Shown piece after piece: positions 8,035 to 16,168 of a stretch of 37,764 nt of DNA. Source of the stretch: an uncultured Candidatus Saccharibacteria bacterium (GTDB taxonomy: Bacteria > Patescibacteriota > Minisyncoccia > Minisyncoccales > Staskawiczbacteraceae); NCBI GenBank assembly GCA_964404005.1, contig CAYOIH010000003.1, positions 1-37,764 of the forward strand, in the 5' to 3' direction. Under the pieces are notes generated by a model that saw nothing but the letters and a program-made list of their open reading frames with translations, made no database searches and was not told the origin of the DNA. The number at the start of each line of letters is the position of its first letter. Within the stretch, counting starts at the first letter, position 1. The position numbers were made by a program, and so were the translations under genes.

Positions 8035-9322
8035 ATTCGACGTTGCTGTTATCGGTGCCGGTCCTGCGGGAATTATGGCGGCCGGCACAGCAGCAAGATC
8101 GGGGCTGAAAGTCGCCTTGATAGAAAAAAATGTGGAGCTTGCTAAAAAATTACTCTTAACCGGCAACGGAAGATGTAATTTTTCTAACGCAGAGTTTAAT
8201 TTACGGGAACTCGTAAAAAATTATAATAATGGTGAATTTTTATTCCACGCTTTTTCTGTTTTTGGGCCGGAAAAAACAATTAAATTTTTTGAAGAGCTGG
8301 GGGTGAAAACTAAGATTGAAGGCAAAAGAGTTTTTCCAAAAAGCGACAGTGTCAAGGAAGTTTTAGAAGCTTTAAAAAAATATTTAACAAAAAATAAAGT
8401 CGAGTTGTTTTTTAACTCAGAAGTCAAAGAAATCGTTTGTACCGGTAAAAAAATTAAAAAAATAATTTTAAGTAACAAAGCCACCGCCACGGGCTACGTC
8501 GTGGCAAAGAAATATATTATTTGTACCGGAGGAAAATCTTATCCTTCAACTGGTTCTGACGGTTCTGGGCTCAGAATGGCTGAAAAATTGGGGCATACAA
8601 TTGTTAAGCCAGCGCCGGCCTTGTCTCCCATAAAAGTAAAAGAAGAATGGGTAAAAAGTCTACAGGGAATAAGCTTGGACGATGTGGAAATCAGCGTATT
8701 TCAAAAACCCTTCGACACCCCTTCGGCTTCGCTCAGGGCAGGTGCTCAGGGCAGGCGGAAGAAAATAGTTCGCGAATACGGAGAAATTTTGTTCACGCAT
8801 TTTGGCATAACGGGCCCCGCTGTTTTAAATATTAGCGGAAAATTAGGGGATTTGTTAAAAAAAGGCGAAACCAAGTTGTCCATCGATCTCTTTCCTTTGT
8901 TAAATTATAACGAGCTTTTGAAAGGGTTTGAAGATGTTTTAAAACAAAATGCAAGCAAAACAACTAAAAATGTATTATCAATTTTCGTGCCAGAAAAATT
9001 GGCCGAAATTTTAGCAGACATTGCAAAAATAGATAAAAATAAAATAGCGAACAATATGTCGAAGGCTGAAAGAGCCGCGATAGTAAAAATTCTTAAAAAT
9101 ATTGAGATAACCCCGGAAAGCGTTTTAGATTTTGATGTCGCTAAAGTTACAAGGGGAGGAATATCTTTAAAAGAAATAGACCACAAAACAATGAAATCAA
9201 AAATAATTGATAATTTATTTTTTGCAGGAGAAATTATTGACGTAGACGGAACCACAGGAGGATTTAATTTACAGGAATGTTGGAGTACGGGATATCTGGC
9301 AGGGAAAAGTGCTACGTTTTAG
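8018..9322 (+). CDS. HI0933/BaiN-family NAD(P)/FAD-dependent oxidoreductase
   Basis: GAGPAG, LTGNGRCNFSN, TGGKSYPSTGSDG, LFTHFGITGP, VTRGGI, GEIIDVDGTTGGFNLQ. Confidence 0.93.
   Translation: MVEDTKFDVAVIGAGPAGIMAAGTAARSGLKVALIEKNVELAKKLLLTGNGRCNFSNAEFNLRELVKNYNNGEFLFHAFSVFGPEKTIKFFEELGVKTKIEGKRVFPKSDSVKEVLEALKKYLTKNKVELFFNSEVKEIVCTGKKIKKIILSNKATATGYVVAKKYIICTGGKSYPSTGSDGSGLRMAEKLGHTIVKPAPALSPIKVKEEWVKSLQGISLDDVEISVFQKPFDTPSASLRAGAQGRRKKIVREYGEILFTHFGITGPAVLNISGKLGDLLKKGETKLSIDLFPLLNYNELLKGFEDVLKQNASKTTKNVLSIFVPEKLAEILADIAKIDKNKIANNMSKAERAAIVKILKNIEITPESVLDFDVAKVTRGGISLKEIDHKTMKSKIIDNLFFAGEIIDVDGTTGGFNLQECWSTGYLAGKSATF
8708..8755. repeat. Two nested 24-nt palindromic (REP-like) elements inserted in frame
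   Basis: CCCTTCGACAC[CCCTTCGGCTTCGCTCAGGGCAGG]TGCTCAGGGCAGG; adds PFDTPSASLRAGAQGR. Confidence 0.8.
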
Positions 9323-9339
9323 CTGAGAACAAAGATACG

Positions 9340-9367
9340 AGCCGTTCTTTAATCGGGGCGGTTTTTT
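9340..9367 (+). terminator. Intrinsic terminator
   Basis: AGCCGTTC...GGGCGGTT stem plus T run. Confidence 0.6.
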
Positions 9368-9377
9368 GTTCAGACTA

Positions 9378-9406
9378 TTGACAAAAGAACGAAATAAGTG
9401 TAATAT
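9378..9406 (+). promoter_or_regulatory. Sigma70-type promoter for the 9544/9814 cassette
   Basis: TTGACA-17 nt-TAATAT (TATAAT also 3 nt downstream). Confidence 0.6.
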
Positions 9407-9543
9407 AATATTTATACTTTACAAGTAAGCACATTGCAAATATCCGCCTATGGGCGGTGATTTATATAGATTTTAAGAGCCTCGGCTCGGATGCCAAACA
9501 AGCTCACGGATGATTTTTTTGGATTTTGTGAGGAGAAACAGAA

Positions 9544-9795
9544 ATGAAGTGCTCAATCGTGATATCGGTCTTAGTGGTGGTCGCCATGGCGGTCTGCGGC
9601 GGATGCGCGCTCCATACTCAAACGAGTGTTGGCATGGGGAGCGCGGCTCCGTATGCTGCCAGCATGAGTAGGGGTCGCGGAGTCGGAATCGACTACGGCC
9701 CTGATGTGCAGTATGATGCTCATTCCGACCACCAAAACAAGACGGTCAACGAGAGTCATACAAGCAAGAGCGAGAAGTATTCCGCCCGCGACTAA
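9544..9795 (+). CDS. Orphan small secreted/lipoprotein-like protein
   Basis: GAGGAG SD at 9530-9535; hydrophobic N-terminus ending AVCGGC. Confidence 0.6.
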   Translation: MKCSIVISVLVVVAMAVCGGCALHTQTSVGMGSAAPYAASMSRGRGVGIDYGPDVQYDAHSDHQNKTVNESHTSKSEKYSARD

Positions 9796-9813
9796 CTCTT
9801 GGAGGAGAGAGGG

Positions 9814-10302
9814 ATGAATTACAAAAGAATCAGCCAGATTCAGTTTTTTGTCATTGCCGCTCTGCTCGGAATAGGAGTCGATCACGATTCGTACAACGTG
9901 TTTTTGGCAATTGCCTCGGCTGTCGCCACTTACATAGTTGCTCGCGCATTTTTTACGAGCAAGATCGGCCGGCTTCTGTTCTTCGTGCCGGTTTCCATTA
10001 TCGTCTGCCAGTTGTCGGTGACTGCCAAAAAAGCAGTCATGGACGAAGGCTTTAAGCAGGTTCTTCAACAGAAACCACTTGGAGCTATTTTCGCAGACGT
10101 TCTATATGGATTCCGTCACGTGGCAGAGACGGTATTCGGTTCGATCGGAGCTTTCAGCGATGCGCTGGTTTACGACCAGTACAGTAGCATCGAGAGTCTG
10201 AATTACCGCTTTTTCACGGTTGCAATAGCAATTGTGATAATCGCGTTCTTTATACTGAAGGAGAAACGGAGGACCGAAGAGTCGGTTCCAGAGGAGGCGT
10301 AG
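9814..10302 (+). CDS. Orphan multi-pass membrane protein
   Basis: GGAGGAG SD at 9801-9807 before ATG 9814 (MNYKRIS); about 4 hydrophobic segments. Confidence 0.65.
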   Translation: MNYKRISQIQFFVIAALLGIGVDHDSYNVFLAIASAVATYIVARAFFTSKIGRLLFFVPVSIIVCQLSVTAKKAVMDEGFKQVLQQKPLGAIFADVLYGFRHVAETVFGSIGAFSDALVYDQYSSIESLNYRFFTVAIAIVIIAFFILKEKRRTEESVPEEA

Positions 10303-10303
10303 G

Positions 10304-10370
10304 CGTTGGGCACATGTGTCCCAATGCGTTTCATAAGCCCCGTACACGAAGTATCGTGCGGGGCTTTTTT
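10304..10370 (+). terminator. Hairpin plus intrinsic terminator
   Basis: GCGTTGGG...CCCAATGC then AGCCCCGTACACGA-AGTA-TCGTGCGGGGCT-TTTTT. Confidence 0.75.
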
Positions 10371-10431
10371 ATAGATATTATATATTTTATGAGGTCGCTT
10401 TTATAATAATTTTCTGGTAGAATTAAAGAAG

Positions 10432-13074
10432 ATGAAAAAAAATTGGCACACAATTTCATTAGAAAAAGTTTTTATTGAAACAGCGGGCACAAGAGATGGT
10501 CTCAACAGCGTCGTGGCTATAGAGAGACTTAAAAAGTTTGGACGAAACACCCTTCCTCAAGAAAAACCGTATTCCAAAATACGGCTGTTTTTGAGTCAGT
10601 TTAATAGTCCCTTGATGTACATTTTGCTTGCGACCGTTGTTATTTCATCATTATTAAAGCACTATTCAGACGCCATTTTTATTGTTGTTGTATTGTTTAT
10701 TAACACCACTGTTGGATTTTATCAAGAAAATAAAGCTAATCAATCACTTCTCGCTCTCAAGAAGATGGTAAAAGTTAGGACAAAAGTTTTACGGGATGGA
10801 CACGAAAAAGAAATAGACAGCGAAGAATTAGTTGTTGGCGATGTGGTGTTTTTGAAATCGGGTGATAAGGTGCCAGCCGACGGTCGTATTTTCGAATCAA
10901 AGGGATTGAAAATAAATGAAGCGAGTCTTACCGGCGAATGGCAAGCGGTTGAAAAAGATTTAGAACGAACAAATGCGGTTTTTATGGGAACGATTGTAGA
11001 AGAAGGGCGGGCAACGATAGTGGTTGTTGCTACTGGCATCAATACGCAGATTGGAGAAGTTGTGTCGCTTCTTAAAGAGACAAAAGAACGCAAAACTCCG
11101 CTTCAGAAAAAAATCGCAATTCTCTCAAATTGGCTTGGAGTTTTTATTTTATCTTTTATCGTTATTATTATCATTGAGGGTTATTTTACTGAAAAGAATT
11201 TTGTTGACGTTTTTATAGCCTCCCTTGCTCTTGCAGTTTCGGCGATACCCGCAGGGTTGCTTCCAGCCATTACTGTCATATTAGCCCTGGGAATGCGGCG
11301 TATTTTTAAGCAAAAAGGTTTGGTAAGAAAACTTGCCGCCACAGAAACCTTGGGAAGCGTAACTGTCATTTGCACCGATAAAACAGGCACTCTTACAGAA
11401 GGAAAAATGCAAGTAAGCCATATTTTAACAAGCACAAAAGAATTGATGGGAGACAGTATTAACGGACTTGCTAACGGCAAAAATGTTAATGGCGTTGAAT
11501 CGCATATTTCAGCGTTAAAAATTGCCACTTTGGTAAATGATGCATTTGTGGAAAATCCAGAAGCGGAACTGCAAGAATGGGTAGTGCGGGGCAGACCAAC
11601 AGATAAAGCCCTACTATTAGCTGGAATGCAGTCGGGTTTGAACAAACAAGAATTGGAAAAACAATATCCCGTATTGGACAGGATTAGTTTTGAATCAGAA
11701 TATAAGTTTGCCGCCACATTCTGCAAGAAAGATAAAAAACATAATATGCTTTATGTTATTGGAGCTCCCGAAGAAATTATTAATCGTTCCGTCAGTTTGG
11801 ATATTGATAGCAAAAAGGGAAAATTAGGAACGGTCCAGGCCGACGAATTGATAAAAAAACTTGAAGCGCTCACGCAGAAAGGATTGCGAGTTGTTGCCTG
11901 CGCCCATAAAGATTATGATACTGAAACAAAATACCAGAATCTCACCGAATTGGTAAATGGGCTTTCGCTTGTCGGTTTTATCGCCCTCAAAGACCCGCTT
12001 CGCCAAGACGCTAAAGAATCTATCGCTATTACCAAGAAGGCCGGCATCCGCACGGTCATTGTTACCGGAGACCATAAATTTACAGCTAAGGCCATTGCTG
12101 AAGAAATTGGCCTTGAAGCAGAAGACGAAAACATAATGGAAGGCAAAGAACTGGAAATGATAACGGATGACGAGTTAAAAGAAAAATCAAAAATTATCTC
12201 CATTTATGCCCGTGTTTCTCCGCGCCATAAACTGCGTATTGTTGACGCGCTCCAAGCTAATGGAGAAGTGGTGGCAATGCTCGGCGATGGCGTGAATGAC
12301 GCTCCAGCCCTCAAGTCAGCTGATATTGGAGTTGCTGTTGGTTCTGGCACGGATGTGGCAAAAGAAGTGGCCGATCTGGTTTTATTGGATGATAATTTTA
12401 AGACGATATTAAAAGCTATTGAGCAAGGCAGGGTGATTTTTCAAAACATTCGCAAAGTGTTTGTTTATCTTGTGGTAAATGATTTTTCAGAACTCTGTTT
12501 ATTTTTAGCAAGTATGGCAATGGGGTTTCCGCTTCCATTATTACCCGCACAGATTCTTTGGATAAACCTTATAGAGAGCGGATTTCCAGATATTGCTCTC
12601 ACCACCGAGCAGGAGACCAAGGGGCTAATGGATGAGAAGCCAAGAAATCCTAAAGAATCGATATTAAATAAAGCAATGAAGCAATGGATGACTGCTATTT
12701 TCTTTATCACCGGGTTAGATGGGTTTTTATTTTTTATTTTTTTCTGGAAGTTTACTGGTGACCTTGATAAAACGCGAACGATGGTTTTCGTATTTATGTG
12801 TGTAGCTTCCCTTGCCATTGCTTTCTCGGTTCGCTCATTCAAAAAAACAATTTTCAGGAGAGATATATTCTCCAATTATTATTTGGTTGGCGGTGTAGCC
12901 ATTAGTTTTATTTTGCTTCTAATAAGCTTATATCTCCCGCCCTTGCAGAAACTTTTGTCCACTCAGCCATTGGGTGTAGCGGAGTGGGCTATAATTTTTG
13001 CCGTCAGCTTAATGGAGATTTCGTTGATTGAATTTTTCAAAAAGAGATTTTTTGTTGCTGATATAAGAGTATAA
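10432..13074 (+). CDS. P-type ATPase, P2-type (Ca2+-ATPase-like) with altered ion-site residues
   Basis: DKTGT, TGE(W), DPLR, TGD, GDGVNDAPAL, PAQILWINL. Confidence 0.93.
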   Translation: MKKNWHTISLEKVFIETAGTRDGLNSVVAIERLKKFGRNTLPQEKPYSKIRLFLSQFNSPLMYILLATVVISSLLKHYSDAIFIVVVLFINTTVGFYQENKANQSLLALKKMVKVRTKVLRDGHEKEIDSEELVVGDVVFLKSGDKVPADGRIFESKGLKINEASLTGEWQAVEKDLERTNAVFMGTIVEEGRATIVVVATGINTQIGEVVSLLKETKERKTPLQKKIAILSNWLGVFILSFIVIIIIEGYFTEKNFVDVFIASLALAVSAIPAGLLPAITVILALGMRRIFKQKGLVRKLAATETLGSVTVICTDKTGTLTEGKMQVSHILTSTKELMGDSINGLANGKNVNGVESHISALKIATLVNDAFVENPEAELQEWVVRGRPTDKALLLAGMQSGLNKQELEKQYPVLDRISFESEYKFAATFCKKDKKHNMLYVIGAPEEIINRSVSLDIDSKKGKLGTVQADELIKKLEALTQKGLRVVACAHKDYDTETKYQNLTELVNGLSLVGFIALKDPLRQDAKESIAITKKAGIRTVIVTGDHKFTAKAIAEEIGLEAEDENIMEGKELEMITDDELKEKSKIISIYARVSPRHKLRIVDALQANGEVVAMLGDGVNDAPALKSADIGVAVGSGTDVAKEVADLVLLDDNFKTILKAIEQGRVIFQNIRKVFVYLVVNDFSELCLFLASMAMGFPLPLLPAQILWINLIESGFPDIALTTEQETKGLMDEKPRNPKESILNKAMKQWMTAIFFITGLDGFLFFIFFWKFTGDLDKTRTMVFVFMCVASLAIAFSVRSFKKTIFRRDIFSNYYLVGGVAISFILLLISLYLPPLQKLLSTQPLGVAEWAIIFAVSLMEISLIEFFKKRFFVADIRV

Positions 13075-13104
13075 AAATGTATAATAATTCAATAAACAAT
13101 TAAC

Positions 13105-14079
13105 ATGTTTGATATAGTTACGTATTTACTTTTAGCGTTGGGATTTATTTTTCTTATAAAAGGAGCAGATTTTTTAGTTGATGGGGCTTCGTCGATTGCT
13201 AAAAGATTTGGCATCTCAAGCTTGGTAATTGGCCTTACTATTGTTGCATTTGGAACTTCAGCTCCCGAGCTGGTGGTTAATATCTTTGCCAGCTTGCAGG
13301 GTAATGTAGATATTGCCATAGGCAACATTATAGGAAGCAATATAGCAAACATTCTGCTTATTTTAGGAGCTTCAGCGGTTATTTTTCCGCTGGCAGTTAA
13401 AAAAGGAACCACCTGGAAGGAGATTCCATTAAGCTTATTGGCAGTGGTTGTGCTCGCCCTTTTGGTTAATGACCAATTTATTGATGGCAGCCTGCCCTCC
13501 GGACTTACCAGAATCGACGGGTTTGTGCTCCTTTCTTTCTTTATTATTTTTTTGTATTACACATTCGGCATAAGCAAAGTATCCGGAGACGAAAATCAAA
13601 CAGATGTTAAAGAGAGGTCTTTGTCGATGTCAATTTGCATGATAATAGCCGGGTTTTTCGGCCTGACGCTCGGCGGAAAATGGATTGTAGATTCTGCTGT
13701 AACTATTGCCTCAAACCTCGGTATTAGCCAGGCAGTGATAGGGCTTACTGTTGTGGCTATTGGAACATCTTTACCGGAACTTGCGACTTCGGCGATAGCT
13801 GCTTATAGAAAAAATACAGACATTGCAGTGGGCAATATAGTAGGGTCGAACATTTTTAATGTTTTTTGGATATTGGGAATAAGCGCCGTAATTAATCCAT
13901 TGCCTTTTTCTCCATTGCTAATGAGAGACGTTATGGTTGTAATCGGGGCAACGCTTTTACTCTTTATTTTTATGTTTGTCGGTAAAAAACATGTACTTGA
14001 AAGATGGCAGGGCGCTTTGTTTGTGGTAGCCTATTTTGCTTATATTATTTTTATCGTTGCGCAAGAAATAATTAAATAA
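13105..14079 (+). CDS. Ca2+/Na+ antiporter (YrbG/CaCA family)
   Basis: Two alpha repeats: GTSAPE...GNIIGSN and GTSLPE...GNIVGSN. Confidence 0.93.
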   Translation: MFDIVTYLLLALGFIFLIKGADFLVDGASSIAKRFGISSLVIGLTIVAFGTSAPELVVNIFASLQGNVDIAIGNIIGSNIANILLILGASAVIFPLAVKKGTTWKEIPLSLLAVVVLALLVNDQFIDGSLPSGLTRIDGFVLLSFFIIFLYYTFGISKVSGDENQTDVKERSLSMSICMIIAGFFGLTLGGKWIVDSAVTIASNLGISQAVIGLTVVAIGTSLPELATSAIAAYRKNTDIAVGNIVGSNIFNVFWILGISAVINPLPFSPLLMRDVMVVIGATLLLFIFMFVGKKHVLERWQGALFVVAYFAYIIFIVAQEIIK

Positions 14080-14120
14080 TATTTTTATACCGACCCACCA
14101 AGGCCATAAATAAAACCTCT

Positions 14121-14153
14121 AAAAAAGCACTAATATAGGATTAGTGCTTTTTT
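14121..14153. terminator. Bidirectional intrinsic terminator
   Basis: A6-GCACTAAT...ATTAGTGC-T6 between convergent genes. Confidence 0.85.
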
Positions 14154-14186
14154 AGTTGTGAAAGTTTACCCTCTCCAGCTTTTTTA

Positions 14187-15323
14187 TTATATGGCGCTGG
14201 TTAAAACGGAAACTAATTCGGTGAATATTTTATGAGTGCCATAGGATTCTTTTATCTGATTTTTAACGTCTTCGGCCACTTCTCCCCCTATTACATCTTC
14301 TATTTTTTTATACACCGATTTCACTGAGTTGAAGTTTATAATCCAGTCGTGGAGCCCCAGTTTTTTAAAGGTTTCAGAAACTCCCATATTATGGTTAATT
14401 ATTGCCGGAGTTCCTGACGCCACGGCTTCCTTGGCCACATTTCCATAAGTTTCAAAATGCGAAGGGCTGATTATAACTCCCATTTTTTGGTAAAATGCCA
14501 CTAGCTTTTTGTTGCTTCTGGAGTTATAAAACGTAACCAATTTTGACATCCTTTTGTATTTTTTATTTTTAGGGTCAAGATCTGTAATAATATTAATAGT
14601 AAACTTACTACCATTTTTTTGGTTGTACTTTGCCAGTTTTTCACAGAATTGAACATTTTTTGTTCTGGTCCACCTGCTTATAATGCCAATGTTTTGTTTG
14701 GTTTTTTTACTTTTGCCTGCGACAAAATATTCAGGTACAGGATTTGGGATTATGGCAGACTTATATATTTTATGGCCGAAAACTTCTTCTTCGACAACAT
14801 TTTTTGTCATATCAGAAGGAAAAATGTAAAAGGTATTATCATTATCAAAACATCTTTCCATCTCCAAAAATATTTTTTTGGCCCTTTTCTTCCAGCTTAC
14901 AGTTTCTTTTGCAAGCACGCCGTGGTAGTGCGAAACAACAGGAATGCTTTCTCTTTGGGCAGCTAAAAGCAGACACCATGGTAAAAAATAAGTTCCATTT
15001 ACAAGCACTAGGTCCGGTTTTTCTTCTTTTATTGCTCTTTGATAGGCGCCAATAACCTTACTATATCTTTTTTCTACATACTTTAAATCTTTGGCGTTTT
15101 TAACAACCTTTGAGACGTTAGGAACGTTCAAAGAAGCTGATATGGTGGCGGTGTTGTTTGTTTCCACCTTTCTGAAACTGTTTTTACCTCTTTTATTTAT
15201 TATGTTTACAGCCGTAATGTGTAAACCTATATCGGCCCTCTTTTCTATAAAATCCATAAAGGATAAAACCACCTGGGCTATACCGGCCGTCTGGGCGAAT
15301 CTTATGTTTGTTAGAATTTTCAT
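14187..15323 (-). CDS. GT4-family (GT-B) glycosyltransferase
   Basis: IIPNPV, PSHFETYGNVAKEAVASGTP (E-x7-E motif). Confidence 0.85.
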   Translation of the reverse strand: MKILTNIRFAQTAGIAQVVLSFMDFIEKRADIGLHITAVNIINKRGKNSFRKVETNNTATISASLNVPNVSKVVKNAKDLKYVEKRYSKVIGAYQRAIKEEKPDLVLVNGTYFLPWCLLLAAQRESIPVVSHYHGVLAKETVSWKKRAKKIFLEMERCFDNDNTFYIFPSDMTKNVVEEEVFGHKIYKSAIIPNPVPEYFVAGKSKKTKQNIGIISRWTRTKNVQFCEKLAKYNQKNGSKFTINIITDLDPKNKKYKRMSKLVTFYNSRSNKKLVAFYQKMGVIISPSHFETYGNVAKEAVASGTPAIINHNMGVSETFKKLGLHDWIINFNSVKSVYKKIEDVIGGEVAEDVKNQIKESYGTHKIFTELVSVLTSAI

Positions 15324-15403
15324 TTTTAGTTTTTGGGTTTAATAATAAAAAACTCAAAACATGCTGTGTTTGAGCGCAATCTCTTTACATTATTATGTCT
15401 TTA

Positions 15404-15430
15404 TTGTATCATTTTATAACTGTTTGTCAA
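15404..15430 (-). promoter_or_regulatory. Sigma70-type promoter for the GT4 gene
   Basis: Minus strand TTGACA-16 nt-TACAAT (coordinates approximate to 1 nt). Confidence 0.55.
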
Positions 15431-15542
15431 GTCTTTTTAGCCTATTTTGCCCCTTGCTCTAAAAAATTTTTGACAAGAAGCCACTTTAATGCAAATCGCT
15501 CTATTCTTCAAATTAGGCCCTATTTATGGTAATATGAGCGTA

Positions 15543-16139
15543 ATGATCTTAAAACAACTTTTTGAGTTTATACTTCCACAAAAAAGGTTCAACAGGGGAT
15601 TAAGAATCCTGATTGCAGTAAATACTGCGATGGTTTTTATCATAGGACTGTTTGCGCCATTTTATGCGGTGTTTGTGCAGAAATTAGGTGGGAACATTGC
15701 TTTCGCCGGGCTATCTTGGGCGGTATTTTCTATTGTAGCTGGCGTTCTAACATTATTATTTGGAAAATGGCAGTTAAAAGTAAAAGAACAGGAGCTTTTA
15801 GTGGCCTTAGGCTATTTGATCCGTGGATTGGTTTTTTTAAGCTACGCTTTTATGGGCAGTATTGCCCAGCTAATTTTTACCCAAGTTCTTTGGGGCGTGG
15901 GAGCTGCTCTTGGCTCTCCGGCATTTGATGCGGTTTACAGCGCGCACACAAGCAGGGAGGATTCTATAGTCCAATGGGGGGAATGGGAAGGGATTGCGTC
16001 TATAGCAGTGGGATTGGCGGCAATTATCGGCGGTATTTTAATTCAAGAAGTCGGTTATATGTACGTCTTTTTGGGAATGGCCGTTCTATCTTTTGCTCTC
16101 GGAATTTATATTTGGAGGCTTCCGCGAGAAGTTTTATAA
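15543..16139 (+). CDS. Half-size (about 6 TM) MFS-like membrane protein
   Basis: APFYAVFVQKLGG, WGVGAALGSPAFDAVYS; six hydrophobic segments; start uncertain (15534 or 15543). Confidence 0.75.
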   Translation: MILKQLFEFILPQKRFNRGLRILIAVNTAMVFIIGLFAPFYAVFVQKLGGNIAFAGLSWAVFSIVAGVLTLLFGKWQLKVKEQELLVALGYLIRGLVFLSYAFMGSIAQLIFTQVLWGVGAALGSPAFDAVYSAHTSREDSIVQWGEWEGIASIAVGLAAIIGGILIQEVGYMYVFLGMAVLSFALGIYIWRLPREVL

Positions 16140-16168
16140 AAATATATTTTTTAATCTAATTTAAAAAA

